A stretch of DNA of 64,000 nt. It comes from Penicillus capitatus. Taxonomy: Eukaryota; Plantae; Chlorophyta. Position 1 is the first letter of the stretch, and each line of letters begins with the position of its first letter. Location of the stretch: NCBI GenBank assembly GCA_965649825.1, contig OZ287700.1:558001-622000 (forward strand), read 5' to 3'. This document shows, one piece after another, positions 38,812 to 50,939 of the stretch. The position numbers were made by a program, and so were the translations under genes. The notes beneath the pieces are model-generated. The model made no database searches. It saw nothing but the letters and a program-made list of their open reading frames with translations, and had not been told where the DNA came from.

Positions 38812-39099
38812 GTTTGCGAAAAGGGATGCGCGAGAAGAACAGATCCGAGACCTGTGCTGAAGATTGCCGTTCGAAATCTTCGAGAGCAGAAAAGGCGTCA
38901 ACAGAAGCGGCCCAAAGTCTCGGTTTACCGTCAGCGAAAGGCTCGCCGCCGTCCTTCTCGCCTCGAGCCGATGTTTAGAAAAACGGTTAGAGAAGACGCG
39001 CGACGAGGTTCGCGAGATTTGAAGGGGGGAGGTTTGAGAACACGTGGACGAGAAAAGAAAAACCCGAAGCACGAGAGACGCGTTAATGTCGTCAACAGC

Positions 39100-39830
39100 A
39101 CATGCATTTTCCAAATTTCTTCAAAATTTGCAGATCATCGGCATCCAACGGATGACAGAAACATGGATAACGTCGACATAGAAGAATCAGACGCCTTTCG
39201 GGGAAAGAAGATGTTGCCTTCCAAGGCGTTGGAAGAGATGTTTTGCGAAACCTTGAAACATGCACTTCGAGTCCCCGCAGCGGAAGTGTGTTTGCACCAA
39301 CATACGGGACATGAAACGACAACGACTGCGATAGGTTCTTGCGGAGCACTTGCCTCAGGTCCCTACAGAACGACGCGCACTGCTCTGCAAAGTACTCGAT
39401 CAAGTGCGCGTCAGATTTTCATGAGCTTTCTGCCATCGACCGTTTTTTCGATAATCAGGGAATGGCCGAAGCGAGAGGATTCTGTGAGGTGAGTAAGGCT
39501 TGGTGATTGGCGAAGGAGCTGCCGTCCATGGTATAGGCTGAGTTCGGGAGTCTGTGCAAAGAAACGGATTTGCGTGCCAAGCTGGATGAGCTCCATCAAC
39601 TGTTACCGCTCAGATCGCATACCATGTTCAACATTCGGCATCTCTAATGCCACGTCGCACTGAGTTATCTGTTCGCAGAGACGAGAGTGCGATTCCTATT
39701 GACGCCTCTTTAGCCATCGCGTTAGAGAGGAGACAGAAACGTTTGATAAAGTACAAGGAAGCATTCGCTGCCCGTTTGGCACAGGTTCGCATTTAATTGC
39801 ATCGAAGCGCCCGATGACGTCTGTCATCTT
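39100..39830 (-). CDS. Possible multi-exon hypothetical gene
   Basis: Three short minus-strand ORFs with plausible splice sites. No motif recognised. Confidence 0.3.
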
Positions 39831-41242
39831 CAGAAACGCGAAAAAGCGGATCTTATTGAAGAGAAAGCCGCAAAAGAGATCGAAGCATGGAAGATGCGCC
39901 TCCAGAACATTTCGCATTTGACGCGTTCGTTGGCGGCGGTTGACGGCGGCGCAAAATAAGACGAGCGTCGGGACGACGACGACGTGTACCTAACTGCCTG
40001 CCGGCATGTTTGCCTGCTTGCATCAGGATGGAGTGCGTGTGTGGTCTCTAATCGGGTTACTCGAGAGAGTACAGAGATTTCAGATTGTACGTCAGTTTCA
40101 ATGCGAGTGTCTAGTTTCTTTTCGTAAGTTTTTGTCCAAAAACCAAAAAGCGATTTCGCATATTCATGTGAGGCGTGGAGCAGCTCGTCGCAACATCGTG
40201 AATGCTCCACGTTCCGAGCGAGCGAAACTAGACAAACGTGCACGAAACAGAAAGATGATGCCAGACAGCAGCGGCCAACAACGTAGACTCGTCAATCAGA
40301 TCGCCCACCACCCCCCACCCCTTCAATGAAATAGGAGACGGATGTTATCTCCCTGCGTATGGTCATTGACTGTCTTTATCCGAAAGAGAACGATCAACCC
40401 ACCTAGCCACCCAATAGACTGCCCAGGAAAGGAAGCGGTTGGAATCGGACGAGGATGTCAGAAGCGGTGGAAGAGAAGGACCTATTCAAAGTGGCTCAAG
40501 CCAACGCTACCCTTTCTCTCAAAGAATCAGCCCATTGCCAAGAACGATCCCAGCTTGCGTGAATGAGAACTTCCAGACAATGATGCACCGCAATGAAATA
40601 GATCTGTAAAGAATATTATACCCGAAGAATGAACACAAAACAAATCATGTCCCTTCCTTCTCCAAAGAAAAGCTGCCGAGCATACATCCTGATGGGAAAC
40701 ACGGAAAAACGATCATATCACAGAATGATCCCATAGAACGAGGATGAAAACGACACGCGACATAACCTGTAGGTAGGAAAGGGACCGCCACAGCTTCTGA
40801 CTCGACATCAGCCAATGCCGCCGCAGTTCAAAACGAGACGTCCACGCTCTCAGGACTGGAAAGGGTAAGGGGATGACCTACCATAACACTGAAACAATAA
40901 CGAATGGTGGCTGCTGTGTTGCATCTCGCTAGTTAGATGCTTTATGATGATATGCCCTCTTCTTGAATGAAATAGAGCTTATTTGTCGCAAGCAAGGAAA
41001 TCTGTTGCTGACAGGTAAAGCATTTTGACGTGCATCCTTGCCGAAGAAAGACATGAAGAATCAATCGACCGGGCAATCAACACTTTCAGGGCTTTCACTC
41101 ACAAGCGGCCATCCATTGCTCAGGCACGTACGTGTTTATTGCGCGAAGGAAGACACACCCCGCAAGTAATCAGACTGTCCCACTTGACAAGAAACCCTCT
41201 AAGGTGTCTCATGACAAGAAGCGTGGGTCACCGGGAGAAATA

Positions 41243-41260
41243 GTTGTTGTTGTTGTTGTT
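41243..41260. repeat. (GTT)6 microsatellite
   Basis: Read directly from the sequence. Confidence 0.9.
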
Positions 41261-41662
41261 GGAGTAGTTGTAATAACTGTATAGTTGCTCTAGTAAAGAA
41301 AATAAACCCCAAGGGAGAGATGTTCAATCAATCAACGAAAAACAGAAACGGATTCGTCACAACAGAACAGCTGCAGAGAGACCAAAAAGCAGCTTCGGAA
41401 CAAGATAAGATACGGAAGTTCATAGGACCAATTTTCTATTCACTTGTTTGATGAGTTTGATTTTTTTTCGTCTCCAGACACGCCTCAAACTAAACAAACC
41501 AAATATCTTAGATACTGCAACAAACAGACCTGACAACGATCTCAATGACTCCATTCAGACATAGGCATACGATGATCTTGTGATAACAACAAAAATGCTT
41601 TAGAAAGTCAGGCGGTTGGTCATAAGGATGAGGTACAACCACCGCTAAGACAGATCGATCAT

Positions 41663-44264
41663 TCAGATTATGCCAGATTGCATTAAGTAAGCTCCAGCTG
41701 CTGCCACGACTGCTGACAAAGCAGTAGCACCAATTTGCTGATGATCCACAGCACGGACGCCTTGTTTGCCAACCGAATTCAACAGAGACACGGTCACGTT
41801 GTTAGGTTCGACGCCTTCTTGCTCCATGCATTTCTGCAGATGCAGGGCATGTTCTAATCGTCCGCATCTCTCGCAAGCAGCGATCAATGCATTGTAGACA
41901 TGGACGGTCAAAACAGCAAAGGCACGTTGCATGCGTGTCCTGACATTCATGGCAGATTCCCAGTCCCCAGCCATGCTGTGTGCTGCAATCAAACCGCAAT
42001 AGGCATAGTCTCTTGGCTGGAGTTTAGCAGTAATCATTAAGGCAAATGCATTCTCCGCTTTATCAACCAATCCAGCCATACCATAGGCCGCAATGACAGT
42101 TTCATATGTGACAGCATCCGGCTCTTCAACTTCGTTGAATAAAATTTCGCAAACGTCAACGTGTCCATTCTTTCCGGCAGCAGAGATCGCCGAATTGTAC
42201 ATCACCGTATTCGGACGTATTCCCAATCTTCTTGCTCGACCCAATACCTTCACTGCATCGCTCCACTGAAAACAAACAACAGATCGTCCATCGATCACAT
42301 CCGTCATCAAGGATTCTCACTTTTCCTGCTCTACTGTACGCCATCATCAGAGCCCCGCAGACCACTTCGTTGATCTTGGGATGCCGAGGGCGGATGGTTT
42401 TCCTTTGAATGATGTGCTCCGAAGAAGGCGCTGCACTGCTTGGTGTTTCGATTCCTTCTCCCGAACAGCTTTGTGTGGATGTGTATGATGTTGATGTGGC
42501 GAAGGTTGGAGCCGGTGGTGCCAAAGCGTTCGGCGCTTGAAGATTAAATCCAAAATCAACAGAATTCGACCAGACAGCACTTTCTGGAGTGTTGTCATTT
42601 ACTGATGTTTGTTGAAGAGGTGGCAGCTGCTGTCCAGAAAAATCCACTGCATTATTCAAAACAGCCTGGGACAAAAGCTCATTGTTTCGCGCATGCTGAA
42701 TGCCCACTGTCTGATTGCAGTCTGGCAGTAGTCCCAGCTTTAATGCCATTTCCATAACTTCCATGTTTGACAGATTTGAACTCTGCAATAACGTTGTCTC
42801 TGGATTGCTGTGCTGACTCACATCCAATGCTTCTTTCTCCAGATCCGAGAAGACTTGCTCGGCCACTTCCCATTGTCCGTGTTCACCCAATGCTTTCAAC
42901 AGTGCACTGACACAGTAAGCATTGGGCTCCACAGATCCAAATTCATGTTCAGACATTCTCTTCAACAAAGTCACTGCTCTTTGCCACTGTTGAGCCTGTC
43001 CTAAGGAGTTCAACAATGCTGTGTACGTTCGTACATTGGGTCGAACTCCGGACTGCAACATCCAGCTTACCACCTGTTCGCTCTGCTGCCACTGACCACC
43101 CGTAGCCAAGGCACTAATCAGAGCAGTGCAAGAAACAACATCAGGTTGAATACCATGTTGCAACATGGATTCAAAAAGATCACAAGCGCGTTGCCATTGA
43201 TTCCCGGCAGCACACGACGAAATTGCTGCTGCAAATGCATGTCCCGAGGGACGGACACCGGCTGAAATCATATCTTCCCAAATATCTAAGCTCTTCTCCC
43301 ACTTTCCACCTTCCGTAGCCGCTCTCATAGCTGCGGTGTATGCATGAACAGTGGGTGCCATTTTTGAGGATGGCGCTGAATTTCGCATCTGGTGGTACAT
43401 GGACAAGGCTTGTTCTGTATGACCCAATCTCGTGCACACCTACAACCAACCAGTCTTCTGCCATTTGTCAGATGAGACATATGCGCCTCACTTCAATGTA
43501 TGCTGTGCATAAACGACTGTCCGGTACGCATCCAGAGTTCTCAACATCTTCCCAAATCTGCAATGCTTTCTCTAAAACGTTTCCAGCTAAAGCTGCTCGC
43601 ATCGCAGCTGTGTATGTGTAGACAGATGGACAAAGACCAGCTCCACCGAACTGCGGCAATGCTTTCATCCATTCATAAACTCCCAAGGCACTCGCTGTCT
43701 GCCCATGTTGACCACAAACGCGGATGAGGGTTGTACACAAACGGTCATCCGGCACATGACCAGCGTCCATCAACCACTCATGCAACAGCAGCGCCCTTCT
43801 CCACGTATTCTTGTTCTTACCGAGCTGCGAAACGAGTTTGTCAAGTTCACGGTTATCGAGCATGCGCGAATCCACAAGATGATGTGGAGGGAATTGAACG
43901 TTCGCGTCGACATTCGTCAACTGATAAAACTCTGTCGGCAGTCGGCGACTAGCGGCATGCGTTGCCTGAACACAGACAGTGGGTGTTAAAACCGAGACGG
44001 TACAGGTCATCCGCCGCCCATTTTTACCTTTTTATGGGTGCTATCGAACGTTGCTTGAGGTGGAGGGACGAAATTGCGTACGCTTTCGGCTAAGACTGGC
44101 GCAGCGGAGACGGCTACAGCCGGAGGCGAGAGTCTCGTTACACTTCGCGCTCCAGTAAAGGATGGTGTTCGTGTTGGTTGTGGGAAGGCGCGGTTCGTGG
44201 AACGTGGAAACGCGGAAGCTCCGGTTGCTAAAGTCTCCGGCAATCCGCGCTGCGCAAACGCCAT
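41663..44264 (-). CDS. Plastid-targeted pentatricopeptide repeat (PPR) protein, possibly MCA1-like; 4 exons
   Basis: Ser/Ala/Arg-rich transit peptide (MAFAQRGLPETLA...) and many PPR motifs (PDDRLCTTLIRVCG, PTVHAYTAAMRA, PDVVSCTALISAL, PNVRTYTALLNSL, PNTVMYNSAISAAG, TVHVYNALIAACE). The resemblance to Chlamydomonas MCA1 is from memory and unverified. Confidence 0.92.
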
Positions 44265-44652
44265 TGTGCGACAATACAGTCAAATGGTAAAATAAACTCT
44301 TCGCGCGCGCTTAACAAAACGCTGCTTTACGAGATGAACCTTTTTCGCAAAGCGACTTTCTAATCAAATCAGTGATCTCAGGCCGAATGAAGCAAACCCT
44401 CGAACCCTAGCGAAAGTCGCGTCATCCCTCGATTCGCGTCCGCGTCATCGACACCACAAGCACAACAAACGCTAAGAATGACGTAGCATGATCATCTGGA
44501 CTTTTTCGACGTTCAATAAAATGTTGCACGGAATACCGTTTACGACGAACGAACCTCACACATTAACACGCTTACAGACGGACGGACTGGATCACCCATC
44601 CTTCGACCCGTCCTCTCAGCTATCTTTAGACGAGGAAAGGGCGCCTGCTTCA

Positions 44653-47361
44653 TCAGTACTTGTTCACTGGGTCGTCATCGACTTCATTGATCTTCTCAAG
44701 CGCCGCCTGGATATTCGCTTTCAGAATGGATCCGGGATTCATGTCTAATCCTTTGTAGAATGTCTCTGTTGCCTTGTGCTTCTCGTTCATCTTCTTGTAA
44801 GTGAGGCCCAGGTGATACTGCACTTCGGGATCCGAATTGGACGCCTTCTGCCAAACGAACGCACACATAAGGTGCTTTGTCCATTCGCCAGTGAGAGTGC
44901 ACTTACAGCTGCTCCCAAGAAAGCCTCTTTGGCTTCTTTGTGCAGATGCATGTTGTAGAGAAGCTTCCCTTTCTGGAGAAAGGCTTCTTTGTTGTGTCTG
45001 TCCAATTCAGTCGCCTAAGGTATCCAAAACAGATTTGGTTTCAGGAATGTACGGTATTGGACGGGGCACCGTATCGAACTGTTTGAGGGCTTCCTTTTCT
45101 TCTTCCAAGTGCACCAAGGTCATACCATAACGCAAACGAAAGACAGCATGTGAAGGATTGATGCCCACTGCCCGACGGAAATTCTCAGCCGCCTCTCTGT
45201 ACTTCTGTGACAAGAAATGGACCATTCCCATGCCATACCTCCAAATCCATCGATGCTTTTCGGAGAGGGTCTCCCTTTGGAGAGTGCCTACCATCCACAG
45301 TGGTGTCGTTGATCCAGAGCAACTGACTGTCGGAAGCTGGTCAGTGCTCTTTCAAAATCTTCAAGTTCAATGTAGACATGACCGCAGAGAGAGTAGGAGT
45401 AGGCGCGGTATTTGTCCAACTGCACAGCCCGTTGAAAAGCAGCCAGAGCATTCAGATGTTCACGCAGCGAACTATGGAGATTCCCCACAACGCACCACGT
45501 CTCAGGAGACAACCTGAACGAAGCACAGAAGACCCTCCCTGATCACGAGCCTCACGCCCCAGCTGAACGCACCGATCGAGAGCTCTCAGTTCAGAGGCCA
45601 GATGACTGAGGTTAGTCGCATCTTCCATCAGGAAGAGCATGGAAGAAAAGAAGTCCATATCTTCCATATGGGTCGGATCCGCAGTGCGTGCTTTCATGAA
45701 ATACTTGAAGGCGGTTTGGTATTCGACTCTCTGCATGTAAAGGCATCCAATTTTTGCCAGCACCCATGCAGTCTCTCCTTGTCTTCCGGGGAGATTGGTG
45801 AAGATCTGAAGGGCTTGGTCATGATTGTAGTTCGATAAAGCATACAGTCCCTTTTCTAAGAGATAGAAAAGCTGATACATCTGTCCCATGCCATCTGTAA
45901 TGCTCTGATGATCGACTGGGTTTTCTGAGTCTTCGGACATGGACGCATCCGCATCGTTATGCACAGAAGGCAGCAGTCCTCTATCGTGTACAGATTGGGC
46001 ATCTGACTGACCATCCTCTGCAGAATAATAGATGCTATCAGTGAAAGAGATGTCATCATTCTTGCCTGGTGAAGGCCCGGCTGGATCATTCACTGGACCC
46101 AAAACACACACAACATAAAAGAAGACAGACACCTACTTGATGGCAGAAGTACCTCTCTGCAACTTACCAATGGGTCTTTCGGGAGTTACACCTTGTACAG
46201 GACGCCTAAGACCCCATAGGCATCCATCCCCCATCGCATCACACACTTAGAAACCGCACCTTCGGGAGATCATGTTTCCTCGTAATCTCATGGAATGCCG
46301 TGTGGTTGGGCGATTCAACGATGCGCTAGAGCTGTTTGCTCCATCAAAAACTGTCAGACACCATTGTAGAGTGAGAACACAGTCATAGAGGGTGCAGGTA
46401 TATGTATGGGTGGATGGTACCTGGTCGAATAAGGGCTTGAGGAGTACGTGGAGAGGGTTCTCTCCGTCGTGTTCCACTCGATGAGGATCGAGGTGTCCGC
46501 ATCTGTGAGTCTTTGGATTGGGGCTCTGGACTGTCGACGGCCATCTCTTCATCGACTGGAACCTCTGTTGGTCTCGACGTCGCTGTCTGATCTCCTGGCT
46601 CTTCAGAGATGTCCAGTTCGTGAGGCTGTCCCTTCATGACACCTTTGATTCTTTCCAAGTGGTTCTTGACGTGTGGATTCCTCCCTGATGTGTGTGGACA
46701 ATGACATGAGAGGAAGAAGGAGAGCCGCCATACCAAACTGACAGAGCTCCTTGAATGCTGGCCACAGCAAGGGATTGCATTCGAGTGCGTCTGCAAAGCA
46801 CTGTATAGCATCATCGACACGATTGGTGTTTCGACAGATCATTCCTTTCAAGTAATGAAATTCCGCACGAACATACTTCTGCACGAACAAACAAGCACGC
46901 TTTGGTCGACGTTGTCGCAGGAGAGTACGCACCTCGGCAATCTCAGCGCGCAGAGCCGTGACGATCACATCTTCTGCTCGTGTCAGATCGTCCATACGAT
47001 ACGTGGCCTGCGCCAACAGAAGACGACCCCGCGTCGAAAGACGGTTGCCTCCTACGCACAGATATCCACCAACCGCAACGAAGCGTCGCCATCTCTTACG
47101 CGCGTTCAGAACGTGGACTGCTCTGAAATCTTGTCGGTTACGTATGTAACAGCGCGCCAACAAGACGGTGTTCTCCTGCAGAGCACGCTCAGATTCCGGC
47201 CAACGCCGTGTAGATAACACGGGTTTACGTTATCTACACTCCACTGAGATGCTTACTTCTGATGGACGGCATGCGAAAAGGCGTTCGCAGAGGAAACAGG
47301 CGTTATGGATATTATCGATTTCTAACGCCTTTACTACTTGTTCCCTTAAACACGGCTCCAT
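44653..47361 (-). CDS. CDC27: Cell division cycle protein 27 (APC3), TPR subunit of the APC/C
   Basis: NACFLCERLF, ADALECNPLLWPAFKELC, WVLAKIG, MEDMDFFSSMLF, SPETWCVVGN, AYSYSLCGH, HHCGW|YGMGMV, central Ser/Pro/Thr-rich linker. Confidence 0.9.
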
Positions 47362-47648
47362 TGCGATCAATGAAAGTCAGACCGATGCGACGCAAAGAAA
47401 CGCGAAGGTACGGAGTCGCAAAATGGTCAAAAACGCAGCTAAACGGCTCCATTCGCATATTCGCAGAAAATGGCGCACGGACCGAAAAATCTGTAAACCC
47501 TGTTCGCTCCATACACTGCCTAACAGCACACGGACGCTCTGTGTGAACGCTGCTGAAAACAGAAGGCCAACGCTTACAAGCACAACTTTGTGGGAAAAGC
47601 ATAACGAAGAGCAGGACTGTTGTCGTTACGACGCTCACTGCTCGAGAC

Positions 47649-48924
47649 ATGAAGTACATCGAAACGCCGCAGTTTACGAGGTACAAGCGACGACGCGTGG
47701 CGCCGTTTTGGTTTGCATGTGCGATGCGTCTCTGCGACATGAAGGACGATGCTGATGTGAAGGCCATTGCCGTTAGACATGGCGACGTCGTGCATCTGTC
47801 CTGTTTGTTCGTGCGTATAAGTAAAAGAGTGTCCTGATAGGATCTCACACTTTCTGGATCGTTTGGATGTCGGCGACAACATTATCTGCTGCGATCTGGA
47901 TGCCTATTCATGTATAGCTATATGATCATATTCCAAGAGTGACTCGTGTGAGGAGAATGTGTGACCATTCAGGTAAGCTGGTTGGATTTGATAAGAAACT
48001 CTCGAAGAGTCTGGATCATGATTTTGAGTTTGGCAGTTCGCCGACTGAACTCTGCGGAAGTCCATTGGGACCGCTAGCTGAATCTTCGTGCCGGAAGACT
48101 CTGATTTATCTGATACTGACGCTCAATCACGTCTACCCAGATTACGATTTCTCACTGCTGAGAGCACACCACTTCAGAAAGGAAGACAATCTCGAAGTCT
48201 TCGAAGAAACGGTGCATCGTAATCTGCAAGAGGTGGCCAAAGTGCGAGGCCGTTGGTATGAAGGCTTGGATGTGACGGGGATGTGGGTCTGTAGGTCTGG
48301 GACAGTACAAAGGACGAATCTGAAGAGCCCTTTATGGAAACACTGGTTTCCTCCATCGACGCAGTGAGTGCAAAACAAACTCTAAGATGAAGGCAGTGTG
48401 GAAACACGCCACTCTGTGGCAAGTTAAGCACACTGCGCCCAGTGAGTAGCAGCAGAGAGATCTCATGCGAAATCTGGGTTTCTTAGTCACTTTGTTTGCC
48501 CCTGTTTCCTCCTTCTACCTGCTGACAGGCCTCTTTCCTGTAGAAACGCTTGTCCTGTACTTCAGGACACGCAGAGACTAATGGAATGCGTGTTCTGTGC
48601 CTTCAGGTCATCCATCTGCAAAACTGTGACGTCTACTGCTACAAAACCGATGCAGATTCCGATCTGTTCGGAGATGAACCTGTTCTTTGGTCCTTCAACT
48701 ATTTCTTCCACAACAAAAAGAAACGGAAAGTCGTGTTCTTCAGCTGTAGAGGCATCAGCAAAACGGGGGTCGGTCCATATCGATCATTCGCTGTCTTCGC
48801 TGACGCACCTCTCTGCCTTTTGCAGGTGGCTTCGGAATATAGCGACGAGAACAATGATGATTACGACTATGGAATGGCTCAGGAAATGGAAATCAAGTCC
48901 AATTCGAATCGGAGTATCGATTAG
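47649..48924 (+). CDS. MAF1: RNA polymerase III repressor Maf1
   Basis: MKYIE, LDAYS|CKLVGFDKKL, RKTLIYLILTLNHVYPDYDFS, CDVYCY, LWSFNYFFHNKKKRKVVFF. Five introns. Confidence 0.93.
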
Positions 48925-49270
48925 AGGACGCTGCTTATCTGCGCATCGTATCAATAATGAGCCGCGATTCGGCAACACATTCCATGTTCCCTGCCTGTAT
49001 TCAACACAGTGTGCTCGTTCCCATGTTCAAGCTTTTATTTCTTTGCTTGGGATGGACACCTGTCTTTCTTAAAGAGACTGACTGTCTCCCGATGCTCTGC
49101 TATTTGAACTTCTGTAAACGATGATTCTATTCAGATGTGACGTGGCATGGCGTCACGCACTACAGCTCGACGAGTCATGTACTCGCAGTCAGCAGGACTC
49201 TGTCGTGTCAGTTCGCCCTGGCGTCAATGCCCGTCGTTGAGAACGACGAGGCAGCATTTTTTTGTCAGAG

Positions 49271-49956
49271 ATGGTCGAGTACTCCGCCCAACAGAATCTC
49301 GTCGATATGCAATCTCTCGCGCCGATGTTCTATGTCGTCAGGGATCTTATCGATGGCGTCATGTACTGTCAGATATCCGTACAGAAGTGCCCAATCACGT
49401 GCTCCGTCGCACCCGTCGAATCTATAAAAGCTGTAGTGGCGCGTTTTTTGTCAGGGTCGGGTTTCAAAGTTCTAGAACGCGTAAACGCAGACGACGACGA
49501 TGTCTCTCGCTACTAAGAACTCAACCGATTTGAAAGCGGTACTCGGAAGTCGTCCGGAGGGCTCTTTTCTGTTCCCCGAGCACATCGTCGTCGAGGAACT
49601 GTTGGAATACATCGACAATACCTGGACGTCAAGATGGGAAGGTGACTCCGTCCATACCCTCCTATGCCTCACATGATGATAATGCGTTAGGAGTTTCGCC
49701 ACTTAAACGTACGTCCTCCGGGGAATCGACGCAAACAACCACCAACGAGAACGAACCGTCTCCAGCGACGCTGAAGAAAAAGAATGCTTCGTGGATCAAG
49801 CGCACTTTCAAAAAGATCAAGACATGGCGTCACAAATCTGAGGCTGACAGCGAAGAAGACGCCATCACGATAGAGCACTACCATTCATTCATCCCGAGGC
49901 GAGTCCCTCTCTCTCTAGACGACCACGTTCAGATCGGCAGTGACGAATGGATGTAG
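49271..49956 (+). CDS. Hypothetical protein, 3 exons
   Basis: In-frame joins KVLER|NSTDLK and RWEG|VSPLKR via short GT-AG introns. No motif recognised. Confidence 0.5.
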
Positions 49957-50939
49957 ATATCCGAGCTGGGTCGACTGGAAAGACGAAGATCCGACTTTTG
50001 ATCCTTGAATCTTTTCCTGCTTTTTGGCCAGTTCAGACGTCTGACTTTTCATATAACTTCTCTCACACGATGCAGCATCTTTCATTAAATCTTTAACTCT
50101 TTTTTCTTTATTACTTTGATGGACTTTATCTGTTTGACCACTAGTGACAGGAGATAAGTTTGATTCATTTATTGACATTCCGTATGGGTGCATAAGCGAC
50201 AAGCATCAATGAGATTCTTCCATTGCACAAGTTCCTATAGGATCGGGGGCGATGACGATTTCTTCTCTCCCTACCGAGCGATCTGAGAAAGCATCTTGCC
50301 CTCTTTGAAGAAAGAATGAAAGGATGGGCACGATAGGAAAGAATTACGTCACATTCGTAAGGCTTTCTGAGTTGTGTTTCCTTCTGGCACCACGTCGACA
50401 GTCAACGAACTTTTGCCACGAGATGCTGACCTCTGGAGGATTGGAGATATAATATGGGTCTTGATATCCGTTGCTGTTATGGTTGTAAAGCGTTTTTTGC
50501 ACTGACTCGTCTGCAGTAGATTTTCTTGCAGTAGCATAGGGAGTTGTTGGGTAGCGTATCTGGGTAGGGTGTCCGTCGACTTATGGTAATTGATGATCGT
50601 TCTTTATCTTTGCCTTTGTTGTACAGAATTGAAATTGGAAGTTCGACTTCTGTTGGTATCAAAGGGAAGATCCAAACGAATGCACTGTGCATCTCGATGT
50701 TTTCAGTAACTTAGCATCCTCTGCTTTCTTGCGCCTTAGAATCTTTACGGCACTATAAATCTGATGTATACAGTGTGCGTCAGTAGAAATGTGTTCAGTA
50801 TTCATTTATGTGTTGACCGATTCTGTCAAGTAGTTCAGAAGTGGACATCAGTCGATCAAAGTAGTAATTTGTATCAGCGTCTTGAAATGCACGGACCTAG
50901 TGACAAATGCGATCCTCAAACGGCGGCGATGACGCGAGC

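Noticed and set aside
38854-39492. 212-aa basic plus-strand ORF
   Set aside because: It is Arg/Lys-biased, lies over the MAPR upstream region and a minus-strand candidate gene, and has no domain, so it is probably a shadow ORF.
49915-50750. Short minus-strand ORFs in an AT-richer patch
   Set aside because: I could not build a consistent exon chain and found no motif.
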